From: a virus
Lineage: Duplodnaviria > Caudoviricetes
Direction: 5' to 3' (one strand)
Virus record (IMG/VR): IMGVR_UViG_3300032218_000727
Span: 1 to 37,981 of that record
Length of the DNA stretch: 37,981 nt
In this document: positions 1 through 7,638 of the stretch, piece after piece
How the letters are laid out: every line of letters starts with the position of its first letter
How positions within the stretch are numbered: the stretch's first letter is position 1
Notes under the pieces: model-generated
Databases searched by the model: none
What the model was told of the DNA's origin: nothing
Seen by the model: the letters and a program-made list of their open reading frames with translations, nothing else
Translations under genes and position numbers: made by a program

Positions 1-37
1 CTTACTGATGAGATCAACCAACCGAAGGAGTTATATC

Positions 38-355
38 TTGAAAACTTTTTACCAATACATGAAAGAAACCTACACGCCCGAAGAATTGCGGGAAATTACC
101 CAGCATGGATGCGTAAGCGGATGCGCTGGTACTCTGATCTATTACAGAGATACTTGCGCCCTTTATGACCTTTATGCTGATGAATTGCACGACCAGCTTA
201 GAGACTGGATGGACTGCGTAGGTGAAACGCCCGAATTCATTACCGAACAGCTAGGATTTGCCGACGGGTTTAAAAATGCCATGGTCTGGTTTGTTGCTGA
301 GCAATACGCTAATGACATCATTCAAACAATAGAGGCAGAGGAAGAAACAGCATGA
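38..355 (+). CDS. Acidic early phage protein (GCxSG..LIYYxDT family; possible DNA mimic or anti-restriction factor)
   Basis: ORF 8..355; GAAGGAG RBS at 24-30 favours TTG start at 38; motif HGCVSGCAGTLIYYRDT...KNAMVWFVAE; very acidic. Confidence 0.6.
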   Translation: MKTFYQYMKETYTPEELREITQHGCVSGCAGTLIYYRDTCALYDLYADELHDQLRDWMDCVGETPEFITEQLGFADGFKNAMVWFVAEQYANDIIQTIEAEEETA

Positions 356-519
356 AAACATATCAAGGATGGCTAATTCATAAGCAATATTTCAAGATTG
401 AAGTAGAGGCAAGCTCTTTAGAGGAGGCTAGGGAAATGATTTGGGAGGCTGAGTTTAACTGGAGCAAGCCTGATGATATGGGCGCAGAAATTTATGATGT
501 AGAGGAGATCACAGTATGA
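352..519 (+). CDS. Small acidic DpnD/PcfM-like protein, paralog 1 (55 aa, not in ORF track)
   Basis: Hand translation MKTYQGWLIHKQYFKIEVEASSLEEAREMIWEAEFNWSKPDDMGAEIYDVEEITV; ATGA overlaps at both ends. Confidence 0.7.
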   Translation: MKTYQGWLIHKQYFKIEVEASSLEEAREMIWEAEFNWSKPDDMGAEIYDVEEITV

Positions 520-791
520 ATAACAAAACCTTAAAAACCCTATTATCTGATGGTCAAGGAATCCCAACGGACTTCCAAGAAAATGTTTTTAATTATGACT
601 ATGGCGAGAAGATCAACGCCAAAATGAGGGCATTGGGATGGACGCCCGCACAATATGACCGTTACTTAGACTATTTACATCAGGAACGCCCGATTGATTC
701 ACTCGTTGCGGATTTGCTTTATTTTGCACCCCCCGAAGCATTACAGGAAGAGGCGGACGCATTAGGAATTTTTGAGGAGGATGAGGAATGA
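516..791 (+). CDS. Hypothetical acidic early protein
   Basis: GAGGAG RBS, ATGA coupling, acidic C-terminal tail. Confidence 0.7.
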   Translation: MNNKTLKTLLSDGQGIPTDFQENVFNYDYGEKINAKMRALGWTPAQYDRYLDYLHQERPIDSLVADLLYFAPPEALQEEADALGIFEEDEE

Positions 792-898
792 CAAACCACC
801 AATGGACGCATTACACGCTTATGAGGGCTTACGGCAAGGGCATATTGACGGCCACGCAAGTAAGAGAGTTTTTATCACTTTATAGGGGAATGAAATGA
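788..898 (+). CDS. Hypothetical 36-aa protein
   Basis: MTNHQWTHYTLMRAYGKGILTATQVREFLSLYRGMK fills the gap exactly, with ATGA overlaps on both sides. Confidence 0.55.
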   Translation: MTNHQWTHYTLMRAYGKGILTATQVREFLSLYRGMK

Positions 899-1104
899 AT
901 ATATGGTCAGAGGATCAGGACATAGACGCTATGTCATCAAATGAATGGCTAAATTATCGTGATGACTTGCTAGATGAATTTTACAAGCGGGGTTATGTTT
1001 TAAAACCTACTATTGGATGCGGCAACTGCGACCCCGCAGAAGATTACACATGCTTTTCCTGTGAATGCAGTCAAATTAACCAAGTAAGGGAGATTGAATC
1101 ATGA
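895..1104 (+). CDS. Small putative Zn-finger protein
   Basis: CGNC...CFSCEC cysteine pairs; coupled to neighbours. Confidence 0.65.
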   Translation: MNIWSEDQDIDAMSSNEWLNYRDDLLDEFYKRGYVLKPTIGCGNCDPAEDYTCFSCECSQINQVREIES

Positions 1105-1433
1105 TGCTAAAGACAATGGAAGATTTCACTGGACAGGGCATATTAGAGGATGCCTACTCCTACGAACGCCCCGCCTACCTTGTAGGGAACGCCCTTTTAA
1201 ACGGGATTATCAAAGCGGGGTATACCAAAGAGCAAGCCATCAACCTTTTCTATTCTAAGGCTTACAGATGGGCTTTAGACTTCGGATTAGGCGAGCATTT
1301 AGAGCAAATAGGCTACCAATACGGGCAGATCATGGCACAAGAATATAAGCCGGAGGAGTTTAGCTATCCATTACAACCAGCGCAGAAAATTGCTTTAATG
1401 AATCACAACCACACCGAGGAGAATTACAAATGA
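1101..1433 (+). CDS. Hypothetical early protein
   Basis: GGAG RBS, ATGA coupling. Confidence 0.7.
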   Translation: MMLKTMEDFTGQGILEDAYSYERPAYLVGNALLNGIIKAGYTKEQAINLFYSKAYRWALDFGLGEHLEQIGYQYGQIMAQEYKPEEFSYPLQPAQKIALMNHNHTEENYK

Positions 1434-1624
1434 CAAGACTATACAGAGTTATTGCAAAGCGAACCAGCTACGAAGAAATATATTTGGAAGCTAAAAATGA
1501 ATCAGACGCTATTCATTTAGCAACAACTGAGGAATACGACTGGGATGATTTGCCAAAGATTGATTGGCAAATTGAGGAAGTAGAACTTCAAAGCGAAGCG
1601 AAATATTCAAGCCAAGAAGTCTAG
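1430..1624 (+). CDS. Small acidic DpnD/PcfM-like protein, paralog 2
   Basis: YRV....YEEIYLEAKNESDAI...W...WQIEEVE matches the pattern of paralog 1; GGAGGAG RBS. Confidence 0.7.
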   Translation: MTRLYRVIAKRTSYEEIYLEAKNESDAIHLATTEEYDWDDLPKIDWQIEEVELQSEAKYSSQEV

Positions 1625-1634
1625 ATACTACCTC

Positions 1635-1658
1635 GAAGCCCTTAGATTTGAGGGCTTT
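1635..1658 (+). terminator. Stem-loop after early gene block (weak terminator or RNase III-type processing hairpin)
   Basis: GAAGCCCTTA...TGAGGGCTTT stem with G-U pairs; only a short U tail. Confidence 0.45.
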
Positions 1659-1663
1659 AGAGT

Positions 1664-1675
1664 AGGGTTTACCCT
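1664..1675. promoter_or_regulatory. AGGGTTTACCCT near-palindrome, copy 1 of 6 (intergenic)
   Basis: Exact 12-mer or its reverse complement also at 8799, 12282, 20906, 26139 and 34375. Confidence 0.6.
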
Positions 1676-1751
1676 ATGTATTACATTCAACACTTAAGTG
1701 ATGAATTATTTTTTAACTGTAGCTGAGACGCAAGATATACGGGTTTTCCGC

Positions 1752-1768
1752 TATTGAGGGTCAGGCTT
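1752..1768 (+). repeat. 17-bp direct repeat TATTGAGGGTCAGGCTT, copy 1
   Basis: Identical at 3434-3450; 13-bp core again at 4216-4228. Confidence 0.75.
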
Positions 1769-1786
1769 ATATCGAGGAGTATTACC

Positions 1787-2038
1787 ATGTTGAGTATTAA
1801 AAACCAAGTTTTATTGAAGTCAGTAGCTAGAAGCAATAAAGATCCACGCTTCGGAGAAGTAAACGAGGCGTTGAATGAGGCCATTGAAAGAATTAAACAA
1901 GAGGAACCACAAGAGTTTTTGAACGATAGAGACTTAGGCGAACGCACTTTTTACGATGAGCCACTATCCAGTAAGCGGGGAAATTTCAGAATGAAGGGTT
2001 TTATTGTGCCTTTGCCTGAGCAAAATTTTAAAATTTAA
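1787..2038 (+). CDS. Hypothetical protein
   Basis: ORF 1754..2038; GAGGAG RBS supports ATG at 1787. Confidence 0.65.
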   Translation: MLSIKNQVLLKSVARSNKDPRFGEVNEALNEAIERIKQEEPQEFLNDRDLGERTFYDEPLSSKRGNFRMKGFIVPLPEQNFKI

Positions 2039-2071
2039 GGGGGTATTTGATGCGGAAATTGCTATTAGCCT

Positions 2072-2175
2072 TGTAGATGCGGACACAATTTCTTAGTAAA
2101 CCTTGTCCCCCTGAAATTACTTTGCGAGGTTTACATCCGAGACTAGAGGCGGGCTAGTAATCTACATTACCCGCC
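2072..2175 (+). ncRNA. Candidate structured RNA: three-way junction with pseudoknot
   Basis: Stems 2072-2078/2160-2166, 2080-2083/2136-2139, 2096-2106/2124-2134 (two G-U) and 2142-2146/2154-2158; loop GGCGGG (2148-2153) is complementary to CCCGCC (2170-2175). Confidence 0.55.
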
Positions 2176-2203
2176 ACTTTTAACTTAACCGAGGAGAATT
2201 ATT

Positions 2204-2485
2204 ATGAAAGTAACGATTGAATTTGATTTGCCTGAAGGTCAGTCTATGCCTGATCCTAGAGATATTGTCCGATTAACCGATCCGAATTGGCATTGTGATT
2301 GGTGGAATGTTGAGGATGTCCAAGAGTATTACGCTGGTGATGGGGAATACATAACCCTGACCGAGCAAGAGGCGCAGTCTGTTTTATATATGATGGCAAA
2401 GTATGGAAATCCTGAAGTGGGTATCAACTGGGACGCAATCAATGTATGGCAACAGTCTGTAATTGACGAAAGGGAAACAGCATGA
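2204..2485 (+). CDS. Hypothetical acidic early protein
   Basis: GAGGAG RBS; W..EDV...LT..EA..VL....GINWD pattern typical of small phage proteins. Confidence 0.7.
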   Translation: MKVTIEFDLPEGQSMPDPRDIVRLTDPNWHCDWWNVEDVQEYYAGDGEYITLTEQEAQSVLYMMAKYGNPEVGINWDAINVWQQSVIDERETA

Positions 2486-2658
2486 ACACTTATAAGGTAA
2501 TTTGTAGCCAGTTAATCTATTACGAAACATTCATTCGAGCTGATTCAGAGGACGAGGCAGCCGAGATTGTCCAAGAAGATCATGGAGAAATTGAGTGGCA
2601 CGAATGCGATAGCGGGGATTTTGAGATTGAGGACATAAACGAGGTGAGCCATGATTAA
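2482..2658 (+). CDS. Small acidic DpnD/PcfM-like protein, paralog 3 (58 aa, not in ORF track)
   Basis: Hand translation MNTYKVICSQLIYYETFIRADSEDEAAEIVQEDHGEIEWHECDSGDFEIEDINEVSHD; ATGA overlap with upstream gene. Confidence 0.7.
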   Translation: MNTYKVICSQLIYYETFIRADSEDEAAEIVQEDHGEIEWHECDSGDFEIEDINEVSHD

Positions 2659-3058
2659 TAAACAATATTTCCTACATCAGATAGATCAATACATAGGAGC
2701 TGAGACGAAAGTGCGCCCTAGTAAGGTCTGCACTAAGTATATGTATGATCGCATCCATGAAATTTTAGATAGCCAATGGGTAGAAGATATGCCATTCCAG
2801 TTATCTAGACTGATGGATGAACTAGCGCACAATTACAAATTAGATACAGGCAAAGCAATCGGGGGGGGATGTATGAGGATGAAAAACTATTCAGTAAGGA
2901 TCCATTACAGTGGAACTAATACTTACCTTGTATCTGCGCCCGATTATGAGGAGGCAGAAGGGGTAGCCTACGATGAATTTCAGAATGACATCGGTGATCT
3001 TGGAGAATATACTGAGGTTACTGATATTGAAGCTGAAGAAGATGGTGATGATGAGTAA
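2651..3058 (+). CDS. Probably two genes fused in frame across a G8 tract: a hypothetical N-terminal half plus DpnD/PcfM-like paralog 4 (from ~2873)
   Basis: C-terminal half MRMKNYSVRIHYSGTNTYLVSAPDYEEAEGVAYDEF...EVTDIEAEE resembles paralogs 1-3; G8 at 2861-2868. Confidence 0.6.
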   Translation: MINKQYFLHQIDQYIGAETKVRPSKVCTKYMYDRIHEILDSQWVEDMPFQLSRLMDELAHNYKLDTGKAIGGGCMRMKNYSVRIHYSGTNTYLVSAPDYEEAEGVAYDEFQNDIGDLGEYTEVTDIEAEEDGDDE

Positions 3059-3239
3059 CGAAAAAGAGTTTTTTAGGGAGCTGGCTAAACTGGAGAAGAT
3101 TCAGGTTAGTCACCCCTTGACCATTAAAGAGATTGAACAGATTTACTTTGATGTCTCAATGCAGAAAAGCATTAGCCCGCTCATAGATTTTGTGAGACGG
3201 ATTGAACACGCACATGGAATAGGAGTCCACAATGACTAG
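3048..3239 (+). CDS. Hypothetical protein
   Basis: ORF 2973..3239, likely start 3048 or 3051; PLT..EI.......F.R.IE.AHGI motif common in small phage proteins. Confidence 0.65.
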   Translation: MMSNEKEFFRELAKLEKIQVSHPLTIKEIEQIYFDVSMQKSISPLIDFVRRIEHAHGIGVHND

Positions 3240-3320
3240 AGATGACCTGATTTGCGCTGTAATGTTTGGATTAATGGCAGTCGCTTTATGTTTGGCATAG
3301 ACCGCAACAGGCTATTGCCT

Positions 3321-3530
3321 GTGATACACAAGATGGTCAAAATGGGAGGATTTACTGGTAGAATAGGCGAAGCAGCGTTATTGGCTGATGAAACTAACCT
3401 AGAAATACTGGTAAATTCCTTTCCCCAGTTCTTTATTGAGGGTCAGGCTTGGGAGAACCAATGGACTGCACAATTATCTACCTCAAAGACGGTAAAAACG
3501 GCAAGATTGAAGTTAGTATGGAACTCATAG
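3321..3530 (+). CDS. Hypothetical protein (start uncertain)
   Basis: ORF 3252..3530; GGF...IGEA...AD..N...L...F pattern; GTG at 3321 is a plausible start. Confidence 0.5.
   Translation: MIHKMVKMGGFTGRIGEAALLADETNLEILVNSFPQFFIEGQAWENQWTAQLSTSKTVKTARLKLVWNS
3434..3450 (+). repeat. 17-bp direct repeat TATTGAGGGTCAGGCTT, copy 2
   Basis: Identical to 1752-1768; abuts the GGGAGA RBS of ORF 3461. Confidence 0.75.
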
Positions 3531-3652
3531 GAGATCCCGGCCAGTCATTCTTGGTCGGGAACGCCATTATCAATAATTTATACACCCTAGACAACGCCGT
3601 GTTTGTGGACAACGAGTTTACCCGTGAACCACCTACAGACCTAGTGCAATAA
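3461..3652 (+). CDS. Hypothetical protein, last gene of early arm
   Basis: GGAGA RBS before ATG 3461; converges on the primase gene. Confidence 0.6.
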   Translation: MDCTIIYLKDGKNGKIEVSMELIGDPGQSFLVGNAIINNLYTLDNAVFVDNEFTREPPTDLVQ

Positions 3653-4415
3653 GCGACTTACCAGCTACGTCTGCACCAACTCTCAATTCAAAGTCATTAA
3701 AGTCCTCTGAGACGTTAGGCGATACCCAATATGGTCTGCCTGATTCTTTGGCAACCCTAATTCCTACTGGATCATGGTCTGCTACGATTACACAGTCAGG
3801 ATACTTCTTAGCCATGGTCTTGATGTTACCGGCTGAGAAGCATACATGCACCGTATAGCGGGTATTAACAGCCTTTAGCGCCCTTCTAACGGATAAGGCA
3901 GTAGCAAACCCCTCGCACAGAATAGAAACGCCCTTAGCGTCGATTATGGACTCCGCTCCCTTAGTGATCTGACCCTTTAAGAAAGTCTTTTTACCGTCAG
4001 GCTTAATCATCTGCAAACCTACGAGTTTCTGATCTATCCTCATGGGGATCAGGAGGCTATCGTTCCATACGTATCCGGTAGCATCAGGGAAACCCTTTGA
4101 AGTTAGGTAAGGATGGGATTGTTTAGTTGCCTGATTCATGATCCATGCTGCTTTAGATGCTGCCTTCTTATTATCTTCTGCACGGCTATCATTTGCTTTG
4201 CTGATCTTAGCTCTGTATTGAGGGTCAGCTTTGCCTCTGTAGCTGATCGGCTTCTCATGGATCGCCCAGTTCTGCACCGCACCAGAGTTGCCATCAAAGA
4301 TATAAGATCCATTCTTGGAATGGGGTTTGTCTGTGGTAGGACAACGCACCCATCTGTCTAGTAACACGTGGTCAATAATCAGACCGTTCTGCTCTGCAAA
4401 TTGTTCGAAGCTCAT
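3633..4415 (-). CDS. Toprim-domain DNA primase-like protein
   Basis: Toprim motifs ILCEGFATA, IVADHD and DFND; HPYL..KG primase core; next to helicase. Confidence 0.85.
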   Translation of the reverse strand: MSFEQFAEQNGLIIDHVLLDRWVRCPTTDKPHSKNGSYIFDGNSGAVQNWAIHEKPISYRGKADPQYRAKISKANDSRAEDNKKAASKAAWIMNQATKQSHPYLTSKGFPDATGYVWNDSLLIPMRIDQKLVGLQMIKPDGKKTFLKGQITKGAESIIDAKGVSILCEGFATALSVRRALKAVNTRYTVHVCFSAGNIKTMAKKYPDCVIVADHDPVGIRVAKESGRPYWVSPNVSEDFNDFELRVGADVAGKSLIALGL

Positions 4416-4585
4416 TCTTTATCCTTTGGGGCAAATGTATTTTTCTCTTCATCAAAGTCGTAATCTGCCGAGGACAATGGTTCTTTAGGCTTTTTCTTGC
4501 CAAAGATTGCATCAAACCGCTCATCAAACTCTTCTAATCTCACACTTAAAGGACGTGGACGATCCCCTTTTCCTCCATCACTCAT
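4412..4585 (-). CDS. Small conserved phage protein (57 aa, not in ORF track)
   Basis: MSDGGKGDRPRPLSVRLEEFDERFDAIFGKK...; GGAG RBS; ATGA overlap with primase. Confidence 0.7.
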   Translation of the reverse strand: MSDGGKGDRPRPLSVRLEEFDERFDAIFGKKKPKEPLSSADYDFDEEKNTFAPKDKE

Positions 4586-4586
4586 A

Positions 4587-4757
4587 CTATCTCCAAAGTA
4601 AATCTTCTAATTTATATCCACGCTTTTCAAGTTCTGCTTTGAACTTTTCTCTAGCCCGCTTCTCAATACATCCAGCATAAGAACGATCAATGCCAAGATG
4701 ATCTGCTACCTCTTGCTGAGTCATATTAAATTCATCGTAAGGTGTCTTCTCAATCAT
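4587..4757 (-). CDS. Small HTH protein, sigma70 region-4-like (56 aa, not in ORF track)
   Basis: MIEKTPYDEFNMTQQEVADHLGIDRSYAGCIEKRAREKFK...: the TQxEVAxxLGIxRxxxxxIExRAxxK pattern. Confidence 0.7.
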   Translation of the reverse strand: MIEKTPYDEFNMTQQEVADHLGIDRSYAGCIEKRAREKFKAELEKRGYKLEDLLWR

Positions 4758-5023
4758 ACTTTTGCCTTCTTTAAACCCAACGCCTGACGTAACTCATGGG
4801 CATGTAGTTTCTTTCCGGCTGACTTAGGCACTTCCTCTGCTGCTTCTGCTACCTTAGCCGCCTTTGTTCTGCTTGCAAACGTGCCGTCCGACAACATGAA
4901 ACCATGTTTACCAGACTTGCCAGCCTTTTTAATGATCTCATCGTGACTCCAACTAGCATTAGGCGCTTTGCTGATGGTGCCATCCTTATGTTTTACTGCT
5001 GGTTTAGTTACCTTTAATACCAT
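4754..5023 (-). CDS. Basic hypothetical protein
   Basis: AGGAG RBS; Lys/His-rich; GF...DG.F.SR..A..VA motif. Confidence 0.7.
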   Translation of the reverse strand: MVLKVTKPAVKHKDGTISKAPNASWSHDEIIKKAGKSGKHGFMLSDGTFASRTKAAKVAEAAEEVPKSAGKKLHAHELRQALGLKKAKV

Positions 5024-5035
5024 GTCAAACTCCTT

Positions 5036-5155
5036 TTAATTGTTTCTGTGATACACGTCATTTGGGTTATGCTTCATGCTATCAAGCAGTTCATCTACGG
5101 TCTTGAACCATTGAATTACTTTGAGTCCATCTGCTTGATAGATAGTAAAACTCAT
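5036..5155 (-). CDS. Hypothetical 39-aa protein
   Basis: MSFTIYQADGLKVIQWFKTVDELLDSMKHNPNDVYHRNN; ATGA overlap with helicase stop. Confidence 0.55.
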   Translation of the reverse strand: MSFTIYQADGLKVIQWFKTVDELLDSMKHNPNDVYHRNN

Positions 5156-6627
5156 GCCGCTTTCCTTGATTTAGAATAGGCAATGTTGCGACTCTGAATC
5201 CACTTCCTAGTCTGAAAGGACGGCGGACTGATCTCTTTAGGAATGGCACGGGGAAAGACGCCGAACTTTTCCTTATACTTGTTGGCTGCCCATCCATCCT
5301 TGTAGCCTTTAACCTTACAGTAGTAAAGTAGCTCTGAGTAGAATTGTTTATTGTCTATGATGAGCTGTGCATTAGTGGCCTGCAGCTCCAAGAGTTCGCC
5401 ATTTACCATGTCCACGCCAGCGGGTTTCTTTTTCTCAAAACCACAAGCGCCGCAGATCTTGCCGGAGAATGTCCATAAGACCTTACATGCAGGGCAGATA
5501 GCTTCCTTCTTTTCCTTGAGCGTAGGTTCTTTCTTGGCTTTCTCTGTGTTGTCTTTTAATTCAGTAACGCCCTCGTAGAATATCTTGTCCCAGTCTTCAC
5601 GAAAGCGCAAGAAGTTACCGGAATGATCTAGCCATACACCGAACTCTTTACCTTCATGGGAGCGCATTATCCTACCCATTTGTTGAACATGAGAACTAAA
5701 CGACTTACTAAATGGGCGAGCCGATATACCAATGAGAACATCACTAACATCAAACCCCCTAGTAAGAATATCAGTGGCGATAAGGCCGTGGATATTAGTG
5801 TCAGGCTTACTAAACTCTTCGATTGTTTCTTTCTTAAATTGGTCATCTTCTTTATATGAAATGGATACAAAGTTATAGCCCGCTTCTGCGAACCTCTGGA
5901 CTAGCTCACGCCCATGCTCTACGCCCGCACAGAACACGATAGTCTTCACTGGTTTACCAAAGATGGCATGGGTTTTCTGGTGCCATTCATGCACAACATC
6001 TCCAACAATTTTGATACCAGCAGTAGAGACATCCTCAGCAGCCCACTCGCCCGCTCTCTTTTTAATGCCAGTCATGTCTATCTCTTTGGCTACATAGACT
6101 TTAAGAGGGACTAACCATTTCTTTTCTATCAGTTCTCCAGTAGGAGTAGCGCCGACAACGTGGGTATAGATATCGCCTAGTCCTTTGGTGAATGGAGTAG
6201 CAGTCAATCCAATTACACGGATGTGAGGATTGTCTTTGATGAACTTAACAACACCTTTGCGGGTGACGTGGCACTCATCAATAATCAATAGATCAATATC
6301 TGGAAATGATTTACGCAACTCTAAGGTCTGCGCTGAGCATACTTGGATATGCTCTTCTTTGCGGTCACGCCAATGTCCTGCCTGCATGACTCCATGTTCA
6401 ATGCCGTACTTGTCTAAACGTCTGCTTGTTTGATCGACCAGAACGATACGATCTAATACCATAGCGCACTTCTTAAACTTATCTGCAACGGCCTTCATAA
6501 TCGCCATCGCTACCTCGGTTTTGCCGAATCCAGTCGGTGCGTATAGCAACTGGCAACGGTGTCCTTCTTTGAATCCTTCTCTCAGCTTATCTACAACCTC
6601 TTGCTGATGACTTCGCAACTCTAACAT
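5152..6627 (-). CDS. Superfamily 2 DExH helicase with C-terminal Zn ribbon
   Basis: Walker A APTGFGKT, DECH, GLTAT, TRGFD, QQMGRIMR; CPAC...CGAC. Confidence 0.93.
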   Translation of the reverse strand: MLELRSHQQEVVDKLREGFKEGHRCQLLYAPTGFGKTEVAMAIMKAVADKFKKCAMVLDRIVLVDQTSRRLDKYGIEHGVMQAGHWRDRKEEHIQVCSAQTLELRKSFPDIDLLIIDECHVTRKGVVKFIKDNPHIRVIGLTATPFTKGLGDIYTHVVGATPTGELIEKKWLVPLKVYVAKEIDMTGIKKRAGEWAAEDVSTAGIKIVGDVVHEWHQKTHAIFGKPVKTIVFCAGVEHGRELVQRFAEAGYNFVSISYKEDDQFKKETIEEFSKPDTNIHGLIATDILTRGFDVSDVLIGISARPFSKSFSSHVQQMGRIMRSHEGKEFGVWLDHSGNFLRFREDWDKIFYEGVTELKDNTEKAKKEPTLKEKKEAICPACKVLWTFSGKICGACGFEKKKPAGVDMVNGELLELQATNAQLIIDNKQFYSELLYYCKVKGYKDGWAANKYKEKFGVFPRAIPKEISPPSFQTRKWIQSRNIAYSKSRKAA

Positions 6628-6641
6628 CTTCTCTCCTAGTC

Positions 6642-6750
6642 TCCCAGCATATCCGGCTGGTATCGGGTGGGGGTACTAACATCATGTGAAGGAGTCTTTT
6701 TTAGGGACATACAGGTTATTTAGAGTCGCCGAGCCGACTTGCTTTCCCCC
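6642..6750 (-). ncRNA. Candidate structured leader between ParB-like gene and helicase (loop-E-like AGUA/GAA stem plus hairpin)
   Basis: Minus strand: GGGGG-GAAA-GC...GUU-AGUA-CCCCC, then CCAGC-cggauau-GCUGG just before the AGGAG RBS. Confidence 0.45.
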
Positions 6751-6756
6751 CGTAAA

Positions 6757-7638
6757 TCAACGCATCGCTAAATCTGCTTCTGCTAAATCTAATTGTTTCT
6801 TTAATCGTGCCATGTTGTCATGGGCTAATGCTAATTCTTTCTCAGCCTTTTCGTAACGGCGCTTACCATATAATGCTTGCTTCTTGGCTTCGCTAGCTTC
6901 CGCTTGGAATGAATCACGGGATGCTTTTAGGACACGATTGTCTGCTTCAAGTAGTTTAACCTGATTTTGTAGATCGGAAATAAGTGAGGACGTGGCGTTC
7001 TTTTCCTCGTCCGTAGCTTCCATAGCAGCGACTGCGACCCTCGCTTCGAGCTTCTTATTCTCTTCCTCAAGTTCCTGTACGGTCGTCGATAACTCAGAGA
7101 TGATTGCATTCTCTTCAATGGGATCCTCATCTTTTTCCTTCTTGAATTGATCTGTAGTGTCGTTCATTACGACTGTCTTACCGTTCTGTGTAGTCTTAAC
7201 GGCAGTCGGTTTAGTGCCAGTCTCGCCACGAACTTTAGCAACAAACTCATGGGATACATCACATACATCTGCGAGCTTGCGGCTGCTTAATTCTTTATAA
7301 CGTGGCTCATGTACGGCCTTCAAAACCTTCTTACGTTTGTCTGCGTTGGTGTAGCGCTGTCCATGACCGGAGTTTGCTTTACCTAACGCATAATCCATAG
7401 CGTCATCGTAGCTACCCATGCGTACATCAGCGTCGATAATTGCTAAGCCCGCTTGCTTGTGGGCAAAGATGCGAGTCCAGCCATCACCAATGTAATACTT
7501 ATCACCATCATGGAATAAAACTACTGGAGGGAACTTATCTCCCCTTAATAAATCTTTGCAATACTCTTCAACAATTTCCTCGTTGATCTTCTCCCGCATT
7601 TGCAGGCTAGTATCCAGTGTTATTTGTGACAGCTTCAT
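6757..7638 (-). CDS. ParB/Srx N-terminal domain protein with HTH and coiled coil
   Basis: FPPVVLF...IGDGWTR..A ParB-like motif; SSRKLADVCDVSHEFVAKVR HTH; long C-terminal coiled coil. Confidence 0.8.
   Translation of the reverse strand: MKLSQITLDTSLQMREKINEEIVEEYCKDLLRGDKFPPVVLFHDGDKYYIGDGWTRIFAHKQAGLAIIDADVRMGSYDDAMDYALGKANSGHGQRYTNADKRKKVLKAVHEPRYKELSSRKLADVCDVSHEFVAKVRGETGTKPTAVKTTQNGKTVVMNDTTDQFKKEKDEDPIEENAIISELSTTVQELEEENKKLEARVAVAAMEATDEEKNATSSLISDLQNQVKLLEADNRVLKASRDSFQAEASEAKKQALYGKRRYEKAEKELALAHDNMARLKKQLDLAEADLAMR

Noticed and set aside
5-30. CTGATGAG...CGAA resembling a hammerhead ribozyme core
   Set aside because: No stem II between the motifs and GAAG instead of GAAA; the sequence runs straight into an RBS
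4113-6433. Plus-strand and alternative-frame ORFs overlapping primase and helicase
   Set aside because: No RBS or recognisable motifs; shadows of well-supported genes
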